A DNA stretch of 64,000 nt from Escherichia coli. Its GTDB lineage: Bacteria; Pseudomonadota; Gammaproteobacteria; Enterobacterales; Enterobacteriaceae. The notes under the pieces were generated by a model that made no database searches, was not told where the DNA came from, and worked only from the letters and a program-made list of their open reading frames with translations. The stretch lies in NCBI RefSeq assembly GCF_046105845.1, contig NZ_CP151004.1. One strand, written 5' to 3'. Numbering within the stretch: the stretch's first letter is position 1; every line of letters begins with the position of its first letter. Below are positions 35,540-45,822 of this stretch, piece by piece. A program made the translations under genes and the position numbers.

Positions 35540-37271
35540 ACGCTCGGATTTACTGACGCTGTTGACAATCAACTTTATCGTCGTCACCAAAGGGGCCGAG
35601 CGTATTTCCGAGGTTTCTGCCCGCTTTACCTTAGACGCGATGCCCGGTAAACAGATGGCGATTGACGCCGATCTTAACGCTGGGTTGATCAACCAGGCGC
35701 AGGCGCAAACCCGGCGTAAAGATGTTGCCAGCGAGGCCGATTTCTACGGCGCGATGGACGGGGCATCGAAGTTTGTGCGCGGGGACGCCATCGCCGGGAT
35801 GATGATTCTGGCGATCAACCTGATCGGCGGCGTCTGTATCGGCATCTTCAAATACAACCTGAGCGCCGACGCCGCCTTCCAGCAGTATGTGCTGATGACC
35901 ATCGGCGACGGGCTGGTGGCGCAGATCCCGTCCCTGCTGCTCTCCACCGCGGCGGCAATTATCGTCACCCGCGTCAGCGACAATGGCGATATCGCCCATG
36001 ACGTGCGCCACCAGCTGCTGGCAAGCCCGTCGGTGCTCTACACCGCCACCGGGATCATGTTTGTGCTGGCGGTGGTGCCGGGGATGCCGCATCTGCCATT
36101 TTTGCTGTTCAGCGCCCTGCTGGGTTTTACCGGCTGGCGGATGAGCAAACGCCCGCAGGCGGCGGAGGCGGAGGAGAAAAGCCTCGAAACGCTGACCCGC
36201 ACCATCACCGAAACCAGCGAGCAACAGGTCAGTTGGGAGACTATTCCGCTGATCGAACCCATCAGTTTAAGCCTCGGTTACAAACTGGTGGCGCTGGTCG
36301 ATAAAGCGCAGGGTAACCCACTCACCCAGCGTATTCGCGGCGTGCGGCAAGTGATATCCGACGGCAACGGCGTGCTGCTGCCGGAGATCCGTATTCGGGA
36401 AAACTTCCGCCTCAAGCCCAACCAGTACGCCATATTCATCAACGGCATTAAGGCCGATGAAGCGGATATTCCGGCGGATAAACTGATGGCCCTGCCCTCC
36501 AGCGAAACCTACGGCGAGATTGACGGCGTGCTGGGGAACGACCCGGCGTACGGGATGCCGGTCACCTGGATTCAGCCTGCGCAGAAAGCGAAGGCGCTGA
36601 ATATGGGGTATCAGGTGATCGACAGCGCCAGCGTGATTGCCACCCATGTGAACAAGATTGTCCGCAGCTATATTCCTGATTTGTTTAACTATGACGATAT
36701 TACTCAGCTGCATAACCGTTTGTCGTCGATGGCACCGCGACTGGCGGAAGATTTGAGCGCGGCGCTCAATTACAGCCAGTTGCTGAAAGTGTACCGGGCG
36801 CTACTGACTGAAGGCGTTTCCCTACGCGATATCGTCACCATCGCCACCGTGCTGGTCGCCAGTAGCACAGTGACCAAAGATCATATTCTGCTGGCAGCTG
36901 ATGTGCGCCTGGCGCTACGGCGCAGCATTACCCATCCGCTCGTTCGCAAGCAGGAGCTGACGGTGTATACGCTGAATAATGAGCTGGAAAATCTGCTGAC
37001 CAACGTGGTGAATCAGGCGCAACAGGCCGGCAAAGTGATGCTCGACAGCGTGCCGGTGGACCCGAATATGCTTAACCAGTTCCAGAGTACGATGCCACAG
37101 GTGAAGGAGCAGATGAAAGCGGCGGGGAAAGACCCGGTGCTGCTGGTGCCGCCGCAACTGCGTCCATTGCTGGCGCGCTATGCAAGGTTGTTTGCGCCGG
37201 GGCTGCATGTGCTGTCGTATAACGAAGTGCCGGATGAGCTGGAGTTGAAGATTATGGGGGCGCTGAGTTGA
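35540..37271 (+). pseudogene. lfhA: FlhA-family export-gate protein, N-terminally truncated (Flag-2 scar)
   Basis: Reading frame carries FlhA motifs (VVTKGAERISEVSARFTLDAMPGKQMAIDADLNAG) but starts inside the membrane domain with no proper N-terminus or RBS; overlaps the lafU remnant. 5' boundary approximate. Confidence 0.65.
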
Positions 37272-37307
37272 TGCCTTTTAAGAAACACAATACGATGACA
37301 TCAATTT

Positions 37308-37703
37308 ATGACGTCAGGGATTGATAAGATGATGAAAACGCGTTTATTAATATCTCAAGCATCGAACATTATCACCATTAAAGGTCAACCAGCCGCAGTG
37401 ACATTTGAAGCCGATATCAACGCATTTCGCGGCAAATTTCTCAATGTAAATGGTTATTGCGACTTTGTAGCGACAAGCATTGAGGCGTTATACCGGGAAG
37501 GTGAAAGTGCGCTGGATGAGTGGATGGCGGATTGTGAAGAGGACGGCATTGCCCCTTTTCGTGAAGAAGAGCAAAAACGCCTGACGCTTCGTGTTCCTCA
37601 TCACATCGATTCACGACTGACCATTGTCGCCAGACAACATTCCATTTCAAAAAATCAGCTCATTGTTGATGTATTAGAACGTGAGTTTTCATCCCAGATG
37701 TAA
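37308..37703 (+). CDS. HicB-like antitoxin-fold protein with C-terminal ribbon-helix-helix
   Basis: 131 aa; the C-terminus (KRLTLRVPHHIDSRLTIVARQHSISKNQLIVDVLEREF) looks like a CopG/Arc-type RHH; the N-terminal half resembles the HicB fold only loosely. Followed by a clear terminator. Confidence 0.45.
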   Translation: MTSGIDKMMKTRLLISQASNIITIKGQPAAVTFEADINAFRGKFLNVNGYCDFVATSIEALYREGESALDEWMADCEEDGIAPFREEEQKRLTLRVPHHIDSRLTIVARQHSISKNQLIVDVLEREFSSQM

Positions 37704-37708
37704 ACAGG

Positions 37709-37737
37709 TCGGATGCCGTGTGGCATCCGATTTTTTT
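37709..37737 (+). terminator. rho-independent terminator
   Basis: TCGGATGCC-GTGT-GGCATCCGA followed by TTTTTTT, 6 bp after the stop of the 131-aa gene. Confidence 0.6.
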
Positions 37738-37759
37738 CCTGATCGTCAGTATTCTCCGT

Positions 37760-38518
37760 TTACAAAATCGTCTCTTCCGTCAAAATCCTGCGCGCGCCTA
37801 AAAAATGATCCTGCCAGAAAGGCTCAGCTAACCGACTTACCCGAATGGTTTCCCCCGTGCGCGGCGACTCGATAAACTGACCGTCTCCCAGATACACGCC
37901 CATATGATCGGCTATCTCGCGGCTGTGGATATGGAAAAACAGCAAATCTCCCCGGCGCAGGTCGTTGTTCGCCACAATCGTTGCCCGATGGTAGTGATAC
38001 ATCTCATTAGCCGTACGCGGGAGCTTCGCCTCGAGGATCTTGTTGTAGGCATAAAAAACCAACCCGCTACAGTCGAAGCCTTGATCAGGCCGCGTGCCGC
38101 CCCAGACGTAAGGTTTGCCAAGCTGCTGCTCCAGGCGGTGAATCGCCACTTCGGTGATGTTGTGTAGATGGTCGCTGCTTAAGAAATGGTTGTTCTCCGC
38201 CAGCGCCTGCCAGCGTCTGTCACTCGCCTTGAGCGGCGCAGGAAACCATTCTGGATGCTGTTTTATCTGTTCGCGGTTGTGCTGGCGCAGCGCCTTTCTG
38301 CTTTCGGCATTGCCTTCCACAATGTAGCTGGCCTGCTTTTTCAGATGGGTTTGGTACTGTTTTAATAAACGCGCCCGGTTTTGCATCCGCTGGCGGGCGG
38401 CGTAGCTGAAAGAGATATGTGATGTGGTGGCGCTGGCGAGTAAAGGGAGCAAAACGCATAACGAAAACACGCCTGGATGCAGAAATCTGCCGTGAAAGAA
38501 CGAAGACATGAAGGACAT
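37760..38518 (-). CDS. yafL: NlpC/P60 (C40) family peptidase lipoprotein
   Basis: C-terminal NlpC/P60 signature (FDCSGLVFYAY ... HMGVYLG); N-terminal signal/lipoprotein-like region; start may be the second Met. Confidence 0.85.
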   Translation of the reverse strand: MSFMSSFFHGRFLHPGVFSLCVLLPLLASATTSHISFSYAARQRMQNRARLLKQYQTHLKKQASYIVEGNAESRKALRQHNREQIKQHPEWFPAPLKASDRRWQALAENNHFLSSDHLHNITEVAIHRLEQQLGKPYVWGGTRPDQGFDCSGLVFYAYNKILEAKLPRTANEMYHYHRATIVANNDLRRGDLLFFHIHSREIADHMGVYLGDGQFIESPRTGETIRVSRLAEPFWQDHFLGARRILTEETIL

Positions 38519-38809
38519 AAACTAGCTGAATGAAGGAGAGAATTTTAAAAGGTTGGGGGAGTAAACGGGATTATTAATTGCTTATTTGCATATTAGTTAC
38601 GAGGTTTCATAATCTTAGGAAATAAGTGATACATGCGCTTTTCGGACTAATGAAAACTGCCCCTGTGCTAAATTTGTAAACCCTGCGCCGACAGGCTTGC
38701 GTAAAACTCTTTTGGTGATAATGTGAGCCTTCCAAATCCAGACTATTCCGATTTGGGATCCATTTTGCCGTCCTGGCGTGTGTAACCGTTTTATCAAGGA
38801 ATAAGCAGT

Positions 38810-39550
38810 ATGCGTAAAATCGCATTAATTCTTGCGATGTTGTTGATCCCGTGCGTTTCGTTTGCCGGTTTGCTGGGCAGCAGTAGCTCAACCACGCCAG
38901 TGAGCAAAGAGTATAAGCAGCAGTTGATGGGATCCCCTGTCTACATCCAGATCTTCAAGGAAGAACGTACGCTCGATCTCTACGTCAAAATGGGCGAGCA
39001 ATATCAGCTGCTCGACAGTTATAAAATCTGTAAATATTCCGGCGGCTTAGGGCCAAAACAGCGTCAGGGCGATTTCAAAAGCCCGGAAGGGTTTTATAGC
39101 GTCCAGCGTAATCAGTTAAAACCAGACAGCCGTTACTACAAAGCAATTAATATTGGATTCCCCAATGCCTATGACCGTGCGCATGGTTATGAAGGGAAAT
39201 ACCTGATGATCCACGGCGATTGTGTTTCCATCGGCTGCTACGCGATGACCAATCAGGGTATTGATGAGATCTTCCAGTTCGTTACTGGTGCGCTGGTGTT
39301 TGGTCAGCCGAGCGTGCAAGTGAGTATTTACCCGTTCCGCATGACCGACGCCAATATGAAGCGCCATAAGTATTCCAACTTTAAGGACTTCTGGGAGCAA
39401 CTGAAACCGGGCTACGACTACTTTGAGCAAACCCGTAAGCCACCGACCGTTTCTGTGGTCAATGGCCGTTACGTGGTCAGCAAGCCGTTAAGCCACGAAG
39501 TTGTGCAACCACAGCTGGCATCAAACTACACGCTCCCCGAGGCAAAATAA
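38810..39550 (+). CDS. yafK: L,D-transpeptidase-fold periplasmic protein YafK
   Basis: 246 aa; signal peptide [19 protein letters not shown]; YkuD-like catalytic region ([14 protein letters not shown]). Confidence 0.85.
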   Translation: MRKIALILAMLLIPCVSFAGLLGSSSSTTPVSKEYKQQLMGSPVYIQIFKEERTLDLYVKMGEQYQLLDSYKICKYSGGLGPKQRQGDFKSPEGFYSVQRNQLKPDSRYYKAINIGFPNAYDRAHGYEGKYLMIHGDCVSIGCYAMTNQGIDEIFQFVTGALVFGQPSVQVSIYPFRMTDANMKRHKYSNFKDFWEQLKPGYDYFEQTRKPPTVSVVNGRYVVSKPLSHEVVQPQLASNYTLPEAK

Positions 39551-40288
39551 GCGCCATTCGCCTGGCATAATCTTTTGCCAGGTTTCATTGCCCGTCAGCG
39601 GCTGTGTCGCAATCACCGTGACCACATCATTCGGTGTGGTCTGCGAGCTGAAGTCGATTTCCACATCCTGATCCAGCAACGTTGCCACGCCAAACGGCGC
39701 GCGGCGGGTGATCCAGTGTAAATTAGTCGAGCAATACGCCATTACATAGCGCCCGTCAGAAAGCAGCATGTTGAAAACGCCCTTCTGCCGCAGTTCATCC
39801 GCCAGTGAGGCGATATATTTAAACACTGCCGCCATGTTGCCCGGTGTGCGCGGGTAACGCTGCGTTAATTTATGCAGGAGCCAGCAGAAGGCTTTTTCGC
39901 TGTCGGTTTCACCGACCGGGCGGAAGTTGCCGGTTTCCAGTGATTTATAGCCCGTCAGTTGCCCATTATGGGCATAAGTCCAGTTACGCCCCCATAACTC
40001 GCGGGTAAACGGGTGAGTATTTTCCAGCGCCACCTCGCCCCGATTCGCCTGGCGAATATGAGCCACCACCGAACAGGATTTTATCGGGTAGTCCTGGACA
40101 AGTTTGGCGATGGGAGAATTAAAGCTGGGTTGCGGATCTTTAAATGTGCGACAGCCTTTACCTTCGTAAAAGGTAATGCCCCAGCCATCTTTATGTGGCC
40201 CGGTTCCACCACCACGCTGTACAAGCCCGGTGAAACTAAAGCAGATATCGGTAGGGACGTTGGCGCTCATCCCGAGCAATTCGCACAT
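39521..40288 (-). CDS. yafJ: class II glutamine amidotransferase
   Basis: Start at MCELLGMS... (Cys2 nucleophile typical of class II amidotransferases), 255 aa. Confidence 0.85.
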   Translation of the reverse strand: MCELLGMSANVPTDICFSFTGLVQRGGGTGPHKDGWGITFYEGKGCRTFKDPQPSFNSPIAKLVQDYPIKSCSVVAHIRQANRGEVALENTHPFTRELWGRNWTYAHNGQLTGYKSLETGNFRPVGETDSEKAFCWLLHKLTQRYPRTPGNMAAVFKYIASLADELRQKGVFNMLLSDGRYVMAYCSTNLHWITRRAPFGVATLLDQDVEIDFSSQTTPNDVVTVIATQPLTGNETWQKIMPGEWRLFCLGERVV

Positions 40289-40403
40289 GGGTAACCTCCA
40301 CAACAGCGGGAGCGCATGGCCCCCGGCGAAGATTGATTAAAAAGTACAAAGGTTCAGGCTGTTACCCTCACCCCGGCCCTCTCCCTGAAAGGGAGAAAAG
40401 ACC

Positions 40404-40982
40404 TTACTTAACCATCTCTTTTTCAATCAACTGGATCAGGATATGGATCACTTTAATGTGAATCTCCTGAATGCGGTCGGCATAACCAAAGTGCGGTACG
40501 CGAATTTCGATATCCGCTGTGCCAGCCATTTTACCGCCGTCTTTACCGGTCAGGGTGATCACTTTCATCCCCTTCTCACGCGCCGCCGCGATCGCTTTGA
40601 TCACGTTTGCAGAGTTACCGGAGGTGGAGATCCCCAGCAGTACATCGCCTTCGCGACCTACCGCTTCAACGTAACGGGAGAAAATATCATTGAAACCAAA
40701 ATCGTTACCGACGCAGGAAATATGACTAACGTCAGAAATGGCAATCGCCGGATAGCCCGGACGGTTTTCACGGTAGCGACCGGTCAACTCTTCGGCAAAG
40801 TGCATGGCGTCGCAATGGGAGCCGCCGTTGCCGCAGGAAAGCACTTTACCACCGGCTTTAAAGCTGTCTGCTAACAGGACCGCCGCGCGCTGAATGGCGT
40901 GAATATTGGCGTCATCTTTTAAAAAGTTAGCCAGCGTTTCCGCCGCTTCGTTCAGTTCATTACGAATAAGATCCTGGTACAT
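40404..40982 (-). CDS. gmhA: D-sedoheptulose 7-phosphate isomerase
   Basis: 192 aa from [20 protein letters not shown]...; SIS-domain motifs. Confidence 0.9.
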
Positions 40983-41221
40983 GAGGATATCCTTCAGCAT
41001 AAATGTAATAGACAAAATGCAGTGTACCGGATACCGCCAAAAGCGAGAAGTACGGGCAGGTGCTATGACCAAGACTTTTTGACCTGAAGTGCGGATAAAA
41101 ACAGCAACAATGTGAGCTTTGTTGTAATTATATTGTAAACGTATTGCTAAATGTTTTTACATCCACTACAACCATATCATCACAAGTGGTCAGACCTCCT
41201 ACAAGTAAGGGGCTTTTCGTT

Positions 41222-43666
41222 ATGATGATTTTGAGTATTCTCGCTACGGTTGTCCTGCTCGGCGCGTTGTTCTATCACCGCGTGAGCTTATTTATCAGCA
41301 GTCTGATTTTGCTCGCCTGGACAGCCGCCCTCGGCGTTGCTGGTCTGTGGTCGGCGTGGGTACTGGTGCCTCTGGCCATTATCCTCGTGCCATTTAACTT
41401 TGCGCCTATGCGTAAGTCGATGATTTCCGCGCCGGTATTTCGCGGTTTCCGTAAGGTAATGCCGCCGATGTCGCGCACTGAGAAAGAAGCGATTGATGCG
41501 GGCACCACCTGGTGGGAGGGCGACTTGTTCCAGGGCAAGCCGGACTGGAAAAAGCTGCATAACTATCCGCAGCCGCGCCTGACCGCAGAAGAGCAAGCGT
41601 TTCTCGACGGCCCGGTAGAAGAAGCCTGCCGGATGGCGAATGATTTCCAGATTACTCATGAGATGGCTGATTTGCCGCCGGAGTTGTGGGCGTACCTTAA
41701 AGAGCATCGTTTCTTCGCGATGATCATCAAAAAAGAGTACGGCGGGCTGGAGTTCTCGGCTTATGCCCAATCTCGTGTGCTGCAAAAACTCTCCGGCGTG
41801 AGCGGGATCCTGGCAATTACCGTCGGCGTGCCGAACTCATTAGGCCCGGGCGAGCTACTGCAACATTACGGCACTGATGAGCAGAAAGATCACTATCTGC
41901 CACGTCTGGCGCGTGGTCAGGAGATCCCTTGCTTTGCACTGACCAGCCCGGAAGCGGGTTCCGATGCGGGCGCGATTCCGGACACCGGGATTGTCTGCAT
42001 GGGCGAATGGCAGGGCCAGCAGGTGCTGGGGATGCGTCTGACCTGGAACAAGCGTTACATTACGCTGGCACCGATTGCGACTGTGCTTGGCCTGGCATTT
42101 AAACTCTCCGACCCGGAAAAACTGCTGGGTGGCGCAGAAGATTTAGGTATTACCTGTGCGCTGATCCCGACTACCACGCCGGGCGTGGAAATTGGTCGTC
42201 GCCACTTCCCGCTGAACGTACCGTTCCAGAACGGACCGACGCGAGGTAAAGATGTGTTCGTGCCGATCGATTACATCATCGGCGGGCCGAAAATGGCCGG
42301 GCAAGGCTGGCGGATGCTGGTGGAGTGCCTCTCGGTAGGCCGCGGCATCACCCTGCCTTCCAACTCAACCGGCGGCGTGAAATCGGTAGCGCTGGCAACG
42401 GGTGCGTATGCGCACATCCGCCGTCAGTTCAAAATCTCTATTGGTAAGATGGAAGGGATTGAAGAGCCGCTGGCGCGTATTGCCGGAAACGCTTATGTAA
42501 TGGATGCTGCGGCATCGCTGATTACCTACGGCATTATGCTCGGTGAAAAACCTGCCGTGCTGTCGGCTATCGTTAAGTATCACTGTACCCACCGTGGGCA
42601 GCAGTCGATTATTGATGCGATGGATATCACTGGTGGCAAAGGCATTATGCTCGGGCAGAGCAACTTCCTGGCCCGTGCTTACCAGGGCGCACCGATTGCC
42701 ATCACCGTTGAAGGGGCTAACATTCTGACCCGCAGCATGATGATCTTCGGACAAGGAGCGATTCGTTGCCATCCGTACGTGCTGGAAGAGATGGAAGCGG
42801 CGAAGAACAATGACGTCAACGCGTTCGATAAACTCCTGTTTAAACATATCGGTCACGTCGGTAGCAACAAAGTTCGCAGCTTCTGGCTGGGCCTGACGCG
42901 CGGTTTAACCAGCAGCACGCCAACCGGCGATGCCACTAAACGCTACTATCAGCACCTGAACCGCCTGAGCGCCAACCTCGCCCTGCTTTCTGATGTCTCG
43001 ATGGCTGTGCTGGGCGGCAGCCTGAAACGTCGTGAGCGTATCTCGGCACGTCTGGGGGATATTTTAAGCCAGCTTTACCTCGCCTCTGCCGTTCTGAAGC
43101 GTTATGACGACGAAGGCCGTAATGAAGCCGACCTGCCGCTGGTGCACTGGGGCGTACAGGATGCGCTGTATCAGGCTGAACAGGCGATGGATGATTTACT
43201 GCAAAACTTCCCGAACCGCGTGGTTGCCGGGCTGCTGAATGTGGTGATCTTCCCGACCGGACGTCATTATCTGGCACCTTCTGACAAGCTGGATCATAAG
43301 GTGGCGAAGATTTTACAAGTGCCGAACGCCACCCGTTCACGTATTGGTCGCGGTCAGTACCTGACGCCGAGCGAGCATAACCCGGTTGGTTTACTGGAAG
43401 AGGCGCTGGTGGATGTGATTGCCGCCGACCCAATTCATCAGCGGATCTGTAAAGAGCTGGGTAAAAACCTGCCGTTTACCCGTCTGGATGAACTGGCGCA
43501 CAACGCGCTGGCGAAGGGGCTGATTGATAAAGATGAAGCCGCTATGCTGGTGAAAGCTGAAGAAAGCCGTCTGCGCAGTATTAACGTTGATGACTTTGAT
43601 CCGGAAGAGCTGGCGACGAAGCCGGTAAAGTTGCCGGAGAAAGTGCGGAAAGTTGAAGCCGCGTAA
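41222..43666 (+). CDS. fadE: acyl-CoA dehydrogenase
   Basis: 814 aa from [18 protein letters not shown]...; N-terminal membrane segment then acyl-CoA dehydrogenase domains. Confidence 0.9.
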   Translation: MMILSILATVVLLGALFYHRVSLFISSLILLAWTAALGVAGLWSAWVLVPLAIILVPFNFAPMRKSMISAPVFRGFRKVMPPMSRTEKEAIDAGTTWWEGDLFQGKPDWKKLHNYPQPRLTAEEQAFLDGPVEEACRMANDFQITHEMADLPPELWAYLKEHRFFAMIIKKEYGGLEFSAYAQSRVLQKLSGVSGILAITVGVPNSLGPGELLQHYGTDEQKDHYLPRLARGQEIPCFALTSPEAGSDAGAIPDTGIVCMGEWQGQQVLGMRLTWNKRYITLAPIATVLGLAFKLSDPEKLLGGAEDLGITCALIPTTTPGVEIGRRHFPLNVPFQNGPTRGKDVFVPIDYIIGGPKMAGQGWRMLVECLSVGRGITLPSNSTGGVKSVALATGAYAHIRRQFKISIGKMEGIEEPLARIAGNAYVMDAAASLITYGIMLGEKPAVLSAIVKYHCTHRGQQSIIDAMDITGGKGIMLGQSNFLARAYQGAPIAITVEGANILTRSMMIFGQGAIRCHPYVLEEMEAAKNNDVNAFDKLLFKHIGHVGSNKVRSFWLGLTRGLTSSTPTGDATKRYYQHLNRLSANLALLSDVSMAVLGGSLKRRERISARLGDILSQLYLASAVLKRYDDEGRNEADLPLVHWGVQDALYQAEQAMDDLLQNFPNRVVAGLLNVVIFPTGRHYLAPSDKLDHKVAKILQVPNATRSRIGRGQYLTPSEHNPVGLLEEALVDVIAADPIHQRICKELGKNLPFTRLDELAHNALAKGLIDKDEAAMLVKAEESRLRSINVDDFDPEELATKPVKLPEKVRKVEAA

Positions 43667-43673
43667 TTGAATA

Positions 43674-43699
43674 ACGGAGCCGAAAGGCTCCGTTTCTTT
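43674..43699. terminator. terminator hairpin between convergent fadE and ivy
   Basis: ACGGAGCC-GAAA-GGCTCCGT followed by TTCTTTAT. Confidence 0.6.
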
Positions 43700-43708
43700 A
43701 TCCGCTAA

Positions 43709-44182
43709 TTATTTAAAATTAAAGCCATCCGGATGGTTTTCCAGGCTGCCGGTCAACGCCGCGAACAGCACCGTTTTACCATCAATCGAAAGCGCATCGT
43801 TCACATTCAACCAGGTGAGTTTCTCTTGCGACGTTTTCTCATCAATGGTCGAGAACAGCCCCGTCATCTGATTAGATTTCTCGGACCACATCACAGCGAT
43901 ACGTTGCGAGCCACAGTCATGCGGTTTGCACGCGCTCATCACCTGATACGTCTCATCTCCCAATGTCACGGTTTGTGCAGGGGTATAAGTCCCGCCTTTC
44001 ATCACCCAAGCAGGCAGCTTATGCCCTTGCACCATCTGATTAAACGCAGCTTTGGTGGTTTCGCCCTTTGCAAGGCTGCTAATGGTTAAATCATCCTGCG
44101 CCATTGCACTGGTGGCGATGACCAGAGCGGCGACTGTCGTTATTGCCTTAAACATCATTCCTCCCGAGCTTATCCTGCCCAT
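43709..44182 (-). CDS. ivy: inhibitor of vertebrate C-type lysozyme
   Basis: 157 aa, signal peptide, conserved CKPHDC loop. Confidence 0.9.
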   Translation of the reverse strand: MGRISSGGMMFKAITTVAALVIATSAMAQDDLTISSLAKGETTKAAFNQMVQGHKLPAWVMKGGTYTPAQTVTLGDETYQVMSACKPHDCGSQRIAVMWSEKSNQMTGLFSTIDEKTSQEKLTWLNVNDALSIDGKTVLFAALTGSLENHPDGFNFK

Positions 44183-44335
44183 GTTATTAACCTCCTAAAG
44201 CCTGGCGATAACACGATAATTTGCAAATCAGATATTTCCAATATCAGCATTTGTTATCAATTTATTCTGCGCTAAGGCAACTGCCTGATAAGGTGTTAGA
44301 GTTATAAAACCCTTCGCATAAAGGAGTTGTACACC

Positions 44336-45106
44336 GTGCCTGGTTTGAAGATTACGCTTTTACAGCAACCACTGGTGTGGATGGATGGTCCTGCCAACCT
44401 GCGTCATTTTGATCGTCAACTGGAAGGCATTACCGGGCGCGATGTGATCGTTCTACCGGAGATGTTTACCAGCGGCTTTGCCATGGAAGCGGCAGCTGCG
44501 TCGCTAGCACAAGATGACGTAGTGAACTGGATGACAGCCAAAGCGCAGCAGTGCAATGCGCTGATTGCAGGCAGTGTTGCATTACAAACGGAGTCTGGTT
44601 CGGTTAACCGCTTTTTGCTGGTTGAGCCGGGCGGCACGGTACATTTTTATGATAAGCGTCATCTGTTCCGCATGGCAGATGAGCATCTGCATTATAAAGC
44701 GGGCAATGCGCGAGTGATTGTGGAATGGCGCGGCTGGCGTATTTTGCCGCTGGTGTGCTACGACTTACGTTTTCCGGTGTGGTCGCGCAATCTCAACGAT
44801 TACGACCTCGCCCTGTACGTCGCCAACTGGCCTGCTCCGCGCTCTCTGCACTGGCAGGCATTGCTGACGGCCCGCGCGATTGAGAATCAAGCGTATGTGG
44901 CGGGATGCAATCGCGTCGGCAGCGATGGCAACGGCTGCCATTATCGCGGTGACAGCCGGGTGATTAATCCACAGGGCGAGATTATCGCCACCGCCGACGC
45001 GCATCAGGCAACGCGCATTGATGCGGAGCTGTCGATGGTGGCGTTGCGGGAGTATAGAGAAAAGTTTCCGGCATGGCGGGATGCGGATGAGTTTAGGTTG
45101 TGGTGA
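44336..45106 (+). CDS. yafV: omega-amidase (nitrilase-superfamily C-N hydrolase)
   Basis: Start set at GTG giving MPGLKITLLQQ... (256 aa); nitrilase-family E-K-C triad context (VCYDLRFP). Confidence 0.85.
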   Translation: MPGLKITLLQQPLVWMDGPANLRHFDRQLEGITGRDVIVLPEMFTSGFAMEAAAASLAQDDVVNWMTAKAQQCNALIAGSVALQTESGSVNRFLLVEPGGTVHFYDKRHLFRMADEHLHYKAGNARVIVEWRGWRILPLVCYDLRFPVWSRNLNDYDLALYVANWPAPRSLHWQALLTARAIENQAYVAGCNRVGSDGNGCHYRGDSRVINPQGEIIATADAHQATRIDAELSMVALREYREKFPAWRDADEFRLW

Positions 45107-45219
45107 GTGGGTGTTGTGTTTAGGGCCGGGGAGAGTCGGGGTATGACTACGAAAGCCCCTAACTTAAACACGATATTACGCCAGAAGTCACCATTTCCAA
45201 AACACAACGCCGTTGTACC

Positions 45220-45390
45220 GTGGGATATCTGCCCAACAGCAGCGACACGCCGGTGATCAAAATCAGCGCCAAATGGCTGAGAGAAGCGGGATTTGAGATC
45301 GGCACGGGCGTTACCGTGAAGATCCCGGAAGGTTGCCTGATCCTGCTTGCGGATAACAACGAAGTACAGGAACTGAGGAAGGAACTTTAT
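45220..45390 (+). pseudogene. SymE-like (AbrB-fold type I toxin family) gene fragment
   Basis: From a GTG start, ...TPVIKISAKWLREAGFEIGTGVTVKIPEGCLILLA... closely resembles the SymE core (KGQWLEAAGF.TGT.V.VKV.EGCIVL). The frame then continues for ~100 codons antisense to the convergent MucR-like gene, which I regard as non-coding read-through. 3' boundary approximate. Confidence 0.4.
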
Positions 45391-45758
45391 AAGGTTAAAC
45401 AGGCTGTCTTCAATATAGAACCGGAGCGATTACGCCAGTCAGGATCTGACTTTAGTTGCCTTCTCTTTATTCTCATCATGGCTATTTGTTCTGCGGGATC
45501 AAGCTTTCCCTTTGCTATTCTCGCCTTCATATATTCAATTTGTTTCTCCAGATATGAAATCCCTGCCAGTGCGATGTGCTTCGGTATGTTCCATTTTTCA
45601 CGATATTCGTCAGCGCGTATTCCATGCACAAACCAGATATGGCGCGGTAAAAAAATGAGCAACTTGCCACACTCCAGACAGGGTATTTTTTCCCGCTTAT
45701 GATATGCCAGAACCTCTTCACGCGTTTCGAATGGCCTGTTCCTCTCTTTTTTGTACAC
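45387..45758 (-). CDS. Ros/MucR-family zinc-finger transcriptional regulator
   Basis: 123 aa with the Ros/MucR signature IPCLECGKLLIFLPRHIWFVHGIRADEYREKWNIP (C-x2-C ... H-x4-H followed by EYREKW.LP). Confidence 0.7.
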   Translation of the reverse strand: MYKKERNRPFETREEVLAYHKREKIPCLECGKLLIFLPRHIWFVHGIRADEYREKWNIPKHIALAGISYLEKQIEYMKARIAKGKLDPAEQIAMMRIKRRQLKSDPDWRNRSGSILKTACLTL

Positions 45759-45822
45759 AAAGACTCCTTTTAAAAAATGGCAAGGTCACATATCCCTTAT
45801 TGGTACATAAATCCCCCGACGT

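Noticed and set aside
35631-36713. Minus-strand ORFs (197 aa, 148 aa) inside the lfhA fragment
   Set aside because: His/Arg/Gln-rich shadow frames antisense to the FlhA-like frame.
45220-45702. Full 160-aa version of the SymE-like ORF
   Set aside because: Only the first ~45 residues resemble SymE; the remainder is antisense to the better-supported MucR-like gene and looks like fortuitous read-through.
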